A stretch of DNA of 64,000 nucleotides from Lama glama (lineage: Eukaryota), in contig CM052831.1 of NCBI GenBank assembly GCA_028534125.1, positions 434,001-498,000 on the forward strand, read 5' to 3'. A program made the position numbers and the translations under genes. Positions 11,546 to 24,030 of the stretch are shown in pieces (positions within the stretch are counted from its first letter, which is position 1; every line of letters starts with the position of its first letter). Under the pieces are notes generated by a model. That model did no database searches, was not told the DNA's origin, and worked only from the letters and a program-made list of their open reading frames with translations.

Positions 11546-14500
11546 GAAATCACATTCGTGAGTGTGAAGCACCTCTACTGTGCGTTCGTGCACCTGCCCC
11601 ACGAGGTCGTAAACATCTCAGGGCAAGAAAGAGTCACATCTGATTCATCTTCGGTTCCCTCTGCGTCCAGGCAGCATTGCAGGCACCCTGGACGCCTACG
11701 GGACTGCGCCTGCGAGGAGGCGCCCCTCCTGCTTGGCTCTCAGTGTGACGGGTCCTGCCAGAGCCTCGGCCCTGAGGCCACAATGGGAGGGTCACACAGG
11801 ACTGGGCTTTTCCTCTCAGCTCTGCTCTAACTTCTGATTGCGCAGAGAACAGAGCCTCGTGTTGTGACACTAGTTTTCCTTTTGAACGGCATGTGCGTGC
11901 CGGGCCCCGATCGGCCCCCGGAGCCCACGGGGGTCTCCTCCTTGTGTCTTGTGTTACAGCCTCTGTCCAGGGTACGTGACAGTAGTTCCCATTTTTGCTA
12001 ATTATATAAAGTTTTAAAACCAACTTAAGGAAAAAGGTGAATGTAGACTTTACGGAAAACGTTTAATAAGTTGACGCACAGAAGCTGTGGAGATCACCGG
12101 GGCAAGACAGTGAAAGTCAGGGAAACACGTCAGGGGAAGGGCCCCCCTTTTATTTTTTGTATTCATTCTTTCATCTTTAATTTTATTTTTGAGTGGATAA
12201 CACACTGATAGGACTCAAAAGTCAAGGTGTACAAAAGGCCCCGTCGGCCGTCCTCTGGCTGCCTGGCTCCCCCCTCGGGTGAAACCTAGCAGCGTCTTCC
12301 ACGCCCGCCCAGAGCCCGCTGCCGGGTACGCAGGCCAGCGTTCCTGCCTGGTCTTCCCTCCTGTTGCACGCCGGGGGCCTTTCTCTTCGCCTGGTTCTTT
12401 CTGGGCTGGCCGGTCTGGAGTGTGGGGGCCTCGAGGTCCACGTGCTGTGACCCTTGACTGTCCAGTCCCTGTGGACACTTCAGGCTTCTGGGTCCTGGAG
12501 GAGGGCGCATGGGGAGCCTGTGCTCCCGGGAGTGTGGCCGAGTGGGCAGGACTGCTCCGGGCGGCGAGGGACGAACGCTCAACTGCGGAGGCTCCACGGC
12601 CCAAACCTGTGTCGTCCCCCTGCACCGACAGCAGGCGCTTCTCTGCGCCACGGGCCTGAGCATCCCTCGCGGCCACCGGGCCTGAGTCCTTGGCCCGCGT
12701 CTCAAGCAGGGTGGGGCAGGCCGTGGATCTGTCTCTCCTTTCTGGCAGGACGGCTGTCCAGTGACTTGCACACCCATCTCCTTGGCTGGACGTGGGGCAG
12801 AGGACCCCTGGACAGAGGACCAGTCGCAGCCGGACAGGGCTGGATTGGCGTAGCTGCTTTGGGTCGGTCACAGCTGCCCCTGAGGCTGGCTGAGGGGCCT
12901 GCCCGTCCTAAGATCACAGCCTGTCACTGCCCACCAAACTGGGGACAGAAGCAGCCCTGTGGGACTTTACCAGGACACCAGGGGACTGGGCCGACAGGTG
13001 CCAATACTCCGAGAAGTGTCGGGCAGCAGGGCCGTTGATTGCTGAGCTCAGGAGCTGGAGTAGCCTGTGATTTGGCCCGAGGTGCTGGTGGCTTCGGGAC
13101 ACAGATTTTGTGCAGTAGAACTCGGCCCCCGAGGCTTTTCCTTTAGAGGCTCCTCCCCTGGAGGTGCTTCCTTTGGGCGAGCTCTCTGTCCCAGTCTTCC
13201 CATTGGAAGAAACCAGAAATGCCTCTGGCTGGATCTTGGAGTCTGGCTGAGCAGCTGGGCATCGGCGGGGGATTGGGGCTGGAGGGGTGACTCGCAAGGA
13301 GGCAGATGCCTGCTGCCGGTCCTCCTCTGCTCCCGCCTCCTTCCCCACGCTCTCCGGCCCCTCAGAGCTGAGCATGGAGCCGAGGAAGGGCCTGCGTTCT
13401 CCAGCACAGGGACCCCGGGCAGGTGTGGGGACCCCGCCTGGCCTGGGCTCCCAGGAGAGGCGGGAGAGGCGGATGCGCACCTGCGGGTATGGTCCTGTGT
13501 GGCCATGCTCGCGGCGCGGCTCCCGGCAAGGCGGTACACAACAAGCGGATGATTAATTGCCCTTCTTAAATTGTAATTATGTCACTCACCAGAGCCCTGA
13601 ACGTTAATTCTCGATTTACAGAGTGAGTAATTGAATAATGAGGGGCTGCCGTCTGCTGCGCTCTGCTCCCGCCCCTGTGTTTCTGCGGTGCCAGGCCGTT
13701 CTGCGTCGCCTGCCCTCTGGGGCGGTGTTCGTGCCTGTCCCGGCCCCCTGACAGTGGGCGGTGATGTCGCAGGCCCTGGAGGTGGGGACCAGCCGTTTCT
13801 GACTCCACCTGGTGCTGCTCCCTGCTAAGTTCTCTTCCAGCAACAAAAGCCCACCCTGCAAAAGAGCACGGGGCTCCTGGAAGACGCTGGATGTCAGGCG
13901 GCTCTTGGAGGCAAAGGGAAAGCTGCACAGAGGCCCCGAGAGGAGAGCTGGAGCCCGCCTTGCTGGACACTCAGGAGGAGCCAGGCTGTCCTTTCTCGCT
14001 CCAGTGGCTCAAGTCCGTGAGCCCCTCACAGCCTCAGGAGGGGAGGGCAGGGCTCTCTGGCTGACTGTCCCCCAGGCCCTCTGGTCGTGTGGTCCTGCTC
14101 TTCCTGGGCCGGCGGGGGCGCTGGGCAGGCAGGTGCAGTGAGGGCCGTCCTCAGCCTCCAGACTCCCTTCTGTCACGGAGGAGAGTGCCCACAGGGGAGG
14201 GTCAGCAGGGAGGCCCTGCCCCTTTCTCAGGGACGCCACCCTGCGCGTCCACGTCACCTTTGCTGGGTCAGGAAGCCACGTGGTCAGACTGGCTACCGCG
14301 TGCCGTCGTTACGCGCACGGCCCTGGGAGCTCAGAGCAGATTCACCGCATTTTGGAGAAGGAACATGAGAAAGCCTTCGCGTTTGAAGAAGCCACATGGA
14401 CATCCTTATCCCACCCCTGGAGCAACCTCAGGCCCTGCTTGGTGTGATTTTTCCAGTGAAGACACGTGCTGTGGAGCCATACGTGCCTTCTAGGTCATCG

Positions 14501-14704
14501 ACTGTCACTGGTGAGGTGGTGGGTGGTGTGGGGTGCAGGCTGGGGCTCCGGTCAGGTGTGCTGGCCGCTGGTTTGGGTGGGGGCCTCTGGTACATGCTGG
14601 GGTCAGTTCACAACCCTGGCCTTGTTCAGGACCTGAATGGGGGAGGGATGAGTAACGCAGGCCTCTGCAAAGAGGGGGACAGGGCACACTTTTGAGTGGG
14701 GCAG

Positions 14705-15070
14705 TGCTGGGGACCGAATGTCTGTGTCCCCACGTCCCACGTTGAAACCTGACCCCAAGGTGACGGTACAGGGGGTGGGGTCCTAGGGAGGTGACTAGGT
14801 CTGAGGGCAGGGCCTTGGGCGTGGAGTTGCTGTCCGTATGAAGGAGACCCCAGAGCGCCCTTCATGCCGTGAAGACCCAGCGGGAGGACAGGTCTGCGAA
14901 CCTGGGTGCCAGCTCTCACCAGACACCAGCCTGCTGACACCTCGGTGTTGGGCTTCTGGACTCCAGACTTGAGACTTGGATGTCGATTTGTTTCAGACGT
15001 AAGTTTCTGCTGTTAACAAGCCCCCTAGGCTGCAGTGGGTTTGTTCCGGCAGCCTGACCAGCCTCATGTG
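14705..15070 (+). mobile_element. MaLR solo LTR (MLT1A-like)
   Basis: gaatgtctgtgtcccc..gttgaaacctgaccccaaggtgacggta..ctctcaccagacacc..aagtttctgctgttaacaagcc. Confidence 0.8.
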
Positions 15071-17310
15071 GGGGGTCCAGTGGAGCCTCTGCAGGTGCGG
15101 GGTAGCCCCTTCCTGCTGACCTCCCGGGGGAGACGCAGGCCCTGTGGGGGGAGCAGGAGCCGTGATGGCCGGTAGGCATGCTGGCCACAGACAGGATGTG
15201 TAGGACCCGCTCAACCCAGCCTCGCGCTCTCCTCTCTCTGGTGACACCGTCCGCATCTGGCGTGACTTCAGTCCCTCACCGTGCCCCAGGGTCTCGCCCC
15301 CGGAGTCCTCGGCCTAGGTCCACGTTGGTCCTGCCCTGCTCTTTCCCGCCTGCTGAGACCTCTCTGCTTCCACCCCATTCTCAGAACTTCTGTTCGCCTG
15401 CCAGCCTCTTCCAGCTCTGTTTCTTCTCAACCCCCCCACACTGCGTGAGGGAGGGCGGGCGCTGAGGCCAGGCGGCCGTTCCCCGCTTCCCCGTGAGGCC
15501 CGGGTGCTGGCAGGAGGGCACCGGGGGCCGGGCTGGGGAGGCAGGAGCGTGGCCGGCAGGTGCACCATTCCCGCCACCCTGCTCATCGTAGTCCTGGGAG
15601 CTCTACCCATGCAGTCAAGAAAGAGCAAATAGATGAGAAAAAGCAGAGATAAAAAGCAGTGTCTCTTTGTGGATGTGCCTGTCTAAGCAGAAAACCTGAG
15701 GCGTTAACTCAGCAGCTCCTGGGTTAGCAAGGCCACAGGAGACACGCACAGGCCGCCGCGCGGAGTCGGTCTTCGTTCTGCTTCCTAGCAGCGAACGCCC
15801 GGAGACCAAGACTTAAAGCACAACGCCCCTGAGCGCAGCTCCCTCCACAGCACACGTGCACACATGCACACGCACAAACCCCACACACGAGACGTATGTA
15901 AATCTGACAACCACGCACAGGCTGGGTTTGCTGAGAACTTCAAGATATTGATAAAATACATCCAAGGTGATTTTCACATTTAAAGAGACATACTGTGTTC
16001 ACGAGGCGGAAGACCTAACATTGTGAAGACCCCAGCTCTCCCCGAAATGCTCTGTAAGCTTAATGTGATTCCTGTCAGACTCTCAGCTGAACTTCTTGCA
16101 GACACGGGCAAACTCATTCTAAAGTGTCTGTGGAAATGCACAGCACATCGAAGAGCTGAAGCAGTTCTGAGAAAGAGTAAGTTGAGGGAACCAAAGTGTC
16201 CAGCTGCAGGACTGGCCATGCAGGTAAAGTGACCAGGATGGAGGCGTACGGGCGACGAGTAACCACACGGATTGACAGACTGAGGACAGTCTGGAGAGAG
16301 ACCCACACAGATGTGGTCAACTGACTTCTGACTAATGCTCAAAAGCAGTTTGATAAAGAAAGATCGTCTTTGCAACAGGGTTACGAGAAATGAGCGCAAA
16401 CTCAACCTCGTTCCTCATACAAACATGAACTCAAAATGTTGCAGACCTAAATATAAAATGAAAAGCCAGGCAGCTTTTCAAAGAAAATGAAGGAGGAGAA
16501 TCTTCTTGGGCCAGGGTTAGGCGAAGGGCTCTGAAAAACGACACCGAACGCGTGATCCCTGGGAGAGCAGCTGGCAGACTGGGCTTCGTGCGGGTGGAAG
16601 CTCTGTTCCCAGAGACACTGACAGGGCAGGGCTTTGGGGGGCGGGGCGTGCACGTCCCACGCCGCACACACAGAGAGGCCGCGCTTAGGAGGCACAGGGC
16701 TCTGCACAGAGAGGGAGCAGTCCGGCTGGGGGACGGGTGGAAGGCGGACGGGCGCGTCCCAGAGCGGGGCTGCAGATGCCCAGCGAGCCAGGAGAAGTGG
16801 TCTCAGCAGCGCCGGGGCAAGTGCAGGTTACGGGCCAGCAAGCTGCCCCTTCGCGTCTGCTGGGACGGCTGATGACTCCACACGCTGGCGTTCTTTCACT
16901 TCAGGTACTCCAGCACCACATGAGGAAGGGTGCTCGGGAGCTGGCTCGCTCACCCTGTGCTGTGAGGAGCGGGAGACGGCACAGCCACTCTGCACAGCAG
17001 TTTGCAGCGTCTCGTAACGTTAGCATACGCTCACCGAGAGCCCCAGCAGCCCCCTCCCGTGTGTTTGTGGTGGAGAAGTGAAAGGTTTGCACAGAAACTG
17101 TGCATGTAAGTGCACAGACAGCGGCTGTATTTGTAGCAGCCAAAACTGGAAACAAGTGTCTTTCACACGGGTGGACAGCCTGACGCAACCGCACAGTGGG
17201 CTGCTGCTCGGCACAGAGCAGGACCGACTGTCTGTGCGCAACAGCAGTTTGGGCGGGCCTCAAGGGCGTCGTGCTGAATGAAATTAAAGCCGATCTCAGA
17301 AGGTGGCGCC

Positions 17311-17855
17311 TGTGTGACCCTGACACAGTGGCCTCCCCCCTGCCGTGTGACCCATGGACACAAGGGTCTCCCACCCTGTGTGACCCACGGACACAGCGTC
17401 CTCCCTCCCCATGTGACCCATGGACACAGGGATCTCCCACCCTATGTGACCTACAGACACAATGGTCTCCCACCCTGTGTGACCCACGGACACAGCGGCC
17501 TCCCTCCCCATGTGACCCACGGACACAGGGGTCTCCCCACCCTGTGTGACCCACGGACACAGGGGTCTCCCCACCCTGTGTGACCTACAGACACAGTGGT
17601 CTCCCACCCTGTGTGACCCACGGACACAGTGGTCTCCCCGCCCCGTGTGACCCACGGACACAGCGGCCTCCCCACCCCATGTGACCCACGGACACAGGGG
17701 TCTCCCCGCCCTGTGTGACCCACGGACACAGCGGCCTCCCTCCCTGTGTGACCCACGGACACAGGGGTCTCCCACCCTATGTGACCTACAGACACAATGG
17801 TCTCCCACCCTGTGTGACCCACGGACACAGCGGCCTCCCTCCCCATGTGACCCAC
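17311..17855. repeat. Minisatellite/VNTR, 33-34 bp unit, about 16 copies (CCCACCCTGTGTGACCCACGGACACAGGGGTCT consensus)
   Basis: Directly visible tandem array; it produces the repetitive ORFs (HGHRGLPPCVT..., VSVGHTGW...). Confidence 0.97.
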
Positions 17856-18229
17856 GCCCACAGCGGCACAGCCTCTGGGTGTGCTGTCTGCCCCACGGTG
17901 GGCACAGGCCCCCGGCCCCCCGACTGAGCGATAGGACGTGACTCTGGGTTATACTGAGGGCCCAGTGGCCCCCAGGGCCCCTTCAGAGCAGAAGAGAGAA
18001 TGGGAGATTCGGAGTCCGAGGAGGCCGGGGCTCCGCTGCTGGGGTGAAGGAGGAGGGGCCCCGTGGGCACGAGGAAGGAGCCGGTTCTGCCCCCTCCAGA
18101 GCCTGGGAGCAGGTTCCTGCCGAGCCCCCGGTGGACCCTGCCCCGCGGAGCCCTGGCGGTGCCCGTCCTGGGCCGCACAGTGCGTGGCGAGCTGCTCCAG
18201 CAGGAACAGAAAGCTGATGGGCTAACACA

Positions 18230-18427
18230 GACAAGTTTCCAGCCTGGGTGCTTCGGGGACTCCCGGTGACATCTGGGACAGCACCGTTTGCCACATGCAG
18301 GGGAGAACCACCAGCGCCTCACGGGTCCAGGCCGGGGCTGCTAACCATCACCCAGTGCACAGGGCACGCCCCTCCCCAGAAGGGTGCCCCGTGCCCACAG
18401 GCACCGTGCTGAGGCGGAGCAGCCCTG
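18230..18427 (+). mobile_element. MER20 (hAT-Charlie MITE), strongly GC-shifted
   Basis: gggtccaggccggggctgctaaccatcacccagtgcacagggcacgcccc...gtgctgaggcggagcagccctg is collinear with the remembered MER20 sequence GGTAGAGGCCAGGGATGCTGCTAAACATCCTACAATGCACAGGACAGCCCC...GCCGAGGTTGAGAAACCCTG. Confidence 0.75.
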
Positions 18428-19127
18428 CGCTCGGCTCACTCAAGCTGTCGTTGCGGGGCGGGCTCGTGGGAGTCTCTGCAGTGCTTCTGCAATTTCTATG
18501 CAAGCCTAAAATTATTTCAAAATCTAGAGGTTTTTAAAGTATGTGAACAGAATCACCAGGACAGGAGGAGGAGGCACAGCTCCTCCCAGCAGAAGCGGGT
18601 GAATAGGTGACGTGCTCGGGGGCCTCCAGCACGTTTGTGCCAAAGGGAGAGCGTCAACAGGGAGGAAAGGTTGCAAACAAGAGGGAGGACAGGGGCCTGT
18701 GGAAGCCCCAGGAAAGGCCTTTCCGAGCATCGCGGTGTCGCCGACTCTTCGCTCAGTGTCCCCGGGCACAGCGCTCTTGAGTGCGACTTGTCTGGGGTGG
18801 GCTTCGTGAGGTTCGTCCTGTTCGGGATTCTCTCAGCTTTATGGGATTTTCCCCACCAACTTTGGAAAGTTGTAAATCATGATTTCTGCAAGTGTTTTTC
18901 TGTATCACCCTTCTTTCTTTCTGGGACTCTAGCAGTTGTACTTCATGTGTGTTTTTTCCCCCAATTTTTGTTCTAAACAGTATTTTTAAAAGGTATAATT
19001 TTAAAACTTTTTCATGGGAATGACTTGAAAGGATAAAGTTTATAACGTCTAAACGTTTCCTGAGAGAATTACTTGAGGAAGCACTCCAGCAAAGTAAGTA
19101 ATGAACCCACTAAAAAATAAAACGGGG

Positions 19128-19272
19128 ATAAAGGTGGTGGCGACACTTTGATAGACAATGTAAACTTACATGCACAGTGTGCGCACACGCACATGCACAC
19201 ACACATAAAAGACGTGGTGATGCTGTAGCAGGCAGTGTAAACTTACGTGCACAGTGCACACGCACACACACG
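19128..19272. repeat. Diverged ~77-bp tandem duplication ending in CA-rich tracts
   Basis: TGTAAACTTAC(A/G)TGCACAGTG occurs at ~19159 and ~19236, each followed by (CA/CG)n. Confidence 0.75.
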
Positions 19273-20950
19273 TGCTTGGACAGGGGGCCGTCCCTTCTGC
19301 CTTCGCTGTGCCGCGAGCTCCTGCAGCTCTTCGCCTTCCTCTCCGCGGCTGTGCCCGCCGCCACAGCCCTCGTGTTGTTTGGCTGTGCTCACCATTGGTG
19401 TCCCAGCTGCATCCTGGAAGAGGGGCGTTGTCCCGCCAACCTCTGACGGTCGGCCCCAGGCACAGCGCGGGGAGAGTTAGACGGCAGCCAGCATTTGTCC
19501 CGGTCTGTGAAGGTGTGGAGAGCAGGAGCATCGGGGGCGACATGGTCGCCGACGCGCCTGGCCCCTCTGGTCCTCGTGTCAGTGTTATTTTTCAGCTGAA
19601 GAGCTTCTGGTCCTTTTTAGCTCCAGAGAGGTGTGCCCGTCCTGGGGGCTGAGGGCTGGCCCCACGGCGACCCTTGGCTGTGTGCCCACTCACCGGGAGC
19701 TCCCGGGCTGGCAGCGCTGAGCACGGGGACCTCACTGTGAGTCCCTCTTCTGCGGTTCGCGAGCCACCTTCCCTGGAACAGGTCCTGCCTCTGCCTCCAT
19801 TTCCTCCTGCGCGGGACCGCCCAGCACCCTGCCTAGGCTCATGCGTTAGAAGCACTAACCAAGAATGCGCACACACAGCACTTGGCGGGTGTTGGGCGTT
19901 CACTGCATTCTCTTCCCTTTTCTTTCCAGCTGTGTTTCAGAAAGCTGGAGAGTTTCCCTTTCTGGCTGGGTTAAGTTTGCCCATCTCTTGGGAGTGTTCT
20001 CCAGAGCACTAGAGCACAGGGGCAGAGAGCAACGGTTAACCCTTGAAGGTCCTGCTCCACTCCCGGAGCGCAGGGTTGTCAGATTTTATTTCTGGCTTGG
20101 CTTTTTGGAAAGGAAAGTTCTTTCTCAGGCAGAGGCCGTGGGTTTTTGTTTGATGTCATCTCATCACGTGAGCGAGGAGACGAGCCCCTCGAAGGCTGAA
20201 TGCTGGTTCCCTGGCTCCCGAGGAGAGTGGCTTTCCCACAGCCAGGCCCGGGCTCTGTCGGGCCGGTCCCGCTTCTCTGCGTGCAGAGGGGACGTCCTTA
20301 GGGATGTCGGGGTGGTTTCGCGGCCTGGTGCTTCATGTCCAGGCAGGCGTGTGGGTGGTGGGGAGCAGGTGGGGCTCCCCAGGATGGGGCCACCGTGCCC
20401 TGCTGTGTCTGCAGGCGGTGCTCTTCCCCGCAGGTCCCGCTCCTGGGCACGTGTCCTGATGGAATGCTTGTCATCTTCTGGGGACCCCTCGTCGGGGGGC
20501 CTGAGTGTCCAGAGAGGATGTTTCCTCTAGTGAATCAGACCACTCTTGTGCCCTGGGCTGTCTGTGGTCCCTGGTCCTCACCGTCGGCTGGAAAAGGCCT
20601 CTGGGGACCGGCACGTGCAGGCCTCCTTGTGCGGGGCCGCCCATCCCGCCACGGGGCTTTGATCTGTGCCCCGGGGGAGGCGCGGCCCTCCCCAGGCTTT
20701 CTGCCGTCCTGTTCCAAGGCCTCCCTGGCCTTGCTGCTTTTCAGAGGCTCAGAGGCTTGGGCAAGCAAGCTGCCCCTGGTGGCAGCAGGTGGACTGGCCT
20801 GTGCCCTGCGTCTCCCAGACTGCAGATGGGGATGGACAGGGAGACAGCTGTCCACCTGGGCCCGGGAAGAGTTCTCGCTGCTTCCAGGGGAAGGCCCCGG
20901 TTCTGGCTTCCTGAGCAGTGACTGCGGGGCACTCTGGGGAGGCGGAGCGT

Positions 20951-20993
20951 GGGGGTCGTTGGGAGCAGGGGGTCGTTGGGAGCAGGCGGTCGT
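20951..20993. repeat. 17-bp tandem repeat GGGGGTCGTTGGGAGCA x2.5
   Basis: Two perfect copies and a partial third. Confidence 0.9.
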
Positions 20994-22899
20994 GCGCCTG
21001 GGTCACACCGCCACAGCCTCCGCTCGGTTTCCCTGAAACGCTGAGAACAGCGAGGCTCCGCTGCGAGGCTGGCATCTCCCCAGCATGTCTGTTCCTGGGT
21101 GGCTGTTGCCTCGTGTCTGTGGCTGGAAAACGCGGAGCGTGGGCTTGCTGGACTTTGTGGTTGCCCCTCCGGGTTCTTTCTGTAAATGGACTCTTAAACA
21201 CAGAAGGGACTCGGGCTTTAAAAAGGCCCACGCGTTCATCAGAAAGTGTCAGATCCCCAGACTCGCTCAGGATGAAGTGATGGAAGGTGCTGCCCCCACC
21301 CCCAGCCCCTCGGAGGAGCACGGATGGTGGGGGGGGTCGTCCCTGGAATTCACACCCCCTCCGCACACCTTCTGCGCAGGCCCTTGGCTGTGGGAGGTGG
21401 GGGCTCTGAGCGGGCGGGCGGCTGCTTTGGGGCGGTCGTCTGTGGGGTAGGGGGTGCTGGGAGATGGGGTCTTGCCGGCTGTGCTGTGTGCTGCTGATGT
21501 GCGTTTAAAAAGGTTCTGTCTCCTTTAAAAACAAGACGGTCAGTTTTGCTTTGCGTTTCAAAGCACAGAATTATGAGGTGGGGGACAACTGAGTGTCAGG
21601 CTGGCACTCTCGGGAGACTGGCTCAGAGGTGAGGGCTCCCTGCCTGAGCGCCGAGGGTGCGGGGGTCTCCACGCTGGGCAGGTGAGGTTGTGAGCAGCTG
21701 TGCCTCCGTGACCATCTGTCACAGGTGAAGTGTCACACACAGGAGCCTGTGAACCCCCGTGGTTCTGAAAGCAGCAGAAAGTGGCTCCCGGAAGGGGCCC
21801 TGGCCCTGGAGGGTCTGCGCTGGGCCCTCCTGCCTCAGGTCCCACCAGCACTTGATCTGGAAACTGAACTGGCCCTTCCCAGGGGAAGGCTCCACAGCCT
21901 GAAGCTGCCTCTTCTCCCGGCTGCTGTCCCCGATGTCCTCCGTCCTCTGGGCAGCTCAGCCTATGTGCTGGGGGTGGCGGGGCCCCGCCGAGTCCCCTCG
22001 GTCCTCCTGGGTCTGGCCCTCGGTCCACCGGCCTCTCTCGGGTGGGAGGCCCTCTCGTTCTGGGTGGCAGCTGCCAGTCCCTGCACCGTGCTGGTCGCGT
22101 TTCTCGGGGACTCAGGCTGGGCCACCCCAGGTCTGTGTTCCGGGGGGCCTGAGTCTGCGTCACCCAGACTGAAACACAGCGTGTATGCGCCTTTTGGGTT
22201 ACGCCTCGGGCACTGGCTCCCGTGCCCTGAGCGTCCCCCAGGTTGGCAGGAAGCTTCAGGCCTCGGAGCCGCCCCTTCCAGGGGCGTCCCGCGCTCCTTG
22301 CCGGGGACACAAGCTCCGTGGGGGCGGAGGCCCCGTCGAGTCTAGCTTTGTCCAGGAACGCGGTGGGGACTGGAGAAACGAAAGGAAACAGGCCTGGAGT
22401 GTGTGGTGCTGGGAGCTGTAGACGCCTTGGTCAGGGAGAGAGGCTGCGGGGTCCAAACCGGGGGGACAGGGCAGGAGGTGCCGGGACAGGATGGTGGCCT
22501 CTGTCCCAAAGGTGACCTGTGTTTGTGGTCAGGTCGTGTCTCTGATAGAATGTGGATCTGTGTTACTGTGGGAAACCAGACGGAGTGTGCAGGGAAGGAC
22601 CTGCCCAGCAGGACGGGATGGGACAGGACGGGACAAGACGGGACTGGCGGAGGTGGCCTGCTCGTCCCCACCCCTGAATCCAGGGTCCCTGCAGCAGCCG
22701 TCCCCAGGCTCCCCGGCCTCTCGTGTGCTGGGCTGTGCCTGACCCCCAGCTAGGGACCGTTCTTCTTCGCGGCCAGGAGGTCAGGGAGAAAGTCAGAAGA
22801 CGGAGGAGAGAAAGAAGACAGTGAGCGCCCGGACTCCACACCCTGGAGAGAAGGGAGTCCGGTGACCCCCGGGTCGCACTTCACACGCCGCGTCGCAGA

Positions 22900-24030
22900 C
22901 AGTCTCTTTGATTTACAAACACTTGTGGATGTTTTTCATCAACACCTATGGGTCTACACCTTCTTTTTAAAAGAGGCATACAGTTTCATAAGTGAACACG
23001 AGTGATTTGTTTAACCAATTTCCTATTAATACATTTAATTTATTTCCAGTTTAAAATCAACACTGTGCAAAACATACATCTATATCTTAGCGTCTTTTGT
23101 CCATTATTTCCTTTCGGTTAAATTCCTAAAAGTAGCGCGGCTTAGTCAAATCATGTGTATATTTTAAACTGTCTTGTACATTTGCAGATTATTCTCTAAG
23201 AACCATCTCTAGAAAAGTAGTTACTTTGTGTGTGTGTGTGTGTGTGTGTGATGTGCAATTTTTCTAGTAATTTTGTGGTTTTATTGTTGACTTCTGAGTC
23301 TTCAGTTTCCTTGAAAGTTACCTGAGTGGACGCCCTGAGGTAGGTGGCCAGTGTTTTCCCTCAAGTGGGTCAGCAGCTGTGCGGGTATCGTTTCCCGTGA
23401 AGACGTCCGTGCTCAGCTGGTGTGCTGATTTGATTTGAGCCTCTTTCCTTTCACAAGTGCGGTGCTTCACGGAGGTGCTGCCTCTGTTTCTTGGCTTTTT
23501 ATCCACGTCACCTGCTACGCACCTTGAATGTATTTCTGCTAAGATGCTTCGGTTTCAGAATTTGAAGGTCCAGTAAGTGCGACAGTCACATGGGTGAAAA
23601 TCCAGGGCGTACAGAGTTACCACAGTGAGAGTGCCCCTGTGGCTGCCCCCCACCCAGCCCCACCTTTCTTGCAGGGTCGTCTCCGCTGCTGATTCCTCGT
23701 GTGTCTGTCCAGACGTCTAAGTGCACATTCGAGCAAACATGGAAGGGCATCGATTCCCACCCTTTTCACACGTGGCGGCATACAGTGCTCGACTTGGTGT
23801 TCTCTTGGAGGCCTGAGCTGCCTTAATCCCTGGGCTCTGTCATACATACCAGTATCTGTTAGGAGGAAGCCTGCCCCATTCTATCCTAAGATTTCATCAC
23901 CATTCTTGCACATTTATTTTCTCTGTTAAGTTCCAGAATCAGTTTTTCAAGTTGACAAGAGCCTCCTTAACCACAATTTAATTCGGGGAAGGTTGGCGTT
24001 TTCCAACACTGAATCCTTTAACCGTCTCTG
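22900..24030 (-). mobile_element. Very old L1 (L1ME-like) fragments
   Basis: tttaaccaatttcctatt..atttaattatttccagttt, atttcctttcggttaaattcctaaaagt and ttccagaatcagtttttcaagtt. Confidence 0.55.
23227..23250. repeat. (TG)12 microsatellite
   Basis: Directly visible. Confidence 0.97.

Larger units (their letters stand above)
15980..18540 (+). mobile_element. Ancient L1 (L1MC-like) ORF2 C-terminus and 3' UTR, sense, interrupted by a minisatellite and MER20
   Basis: Peptide LPEMLCKLNVIPVRLSAELLADTGKLILKCLWK (16023-16232), tagcagccaaaactggaaacaa, and a 3' end gcaatttctatgcaagcctaaaattatttcaaaat near 18490-18520. Confidence 0.8.

Noticed and set aside
8000-14400. CpG-island promoter suggested by high CpG density
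   Set aside because: CpG enrichment is diffuse across most of the window and also affects old repeats. There is no discrete island or first-exon evidence, so regional GC bias explains it better.
17311-17855. CRISPR-like periodicity of about 33 bp
   Set aside because: Units are directly adjacent with no unique spacers, there are no cas genes, and the context is mammalian.
16901-17941. Repetitive His/Cys-rich ORFs resembling a repeat protein
   Set aside because: They are translations of the 33-34 bp minisatellite. The 34-bp units shift the frame and all frames look equally open.
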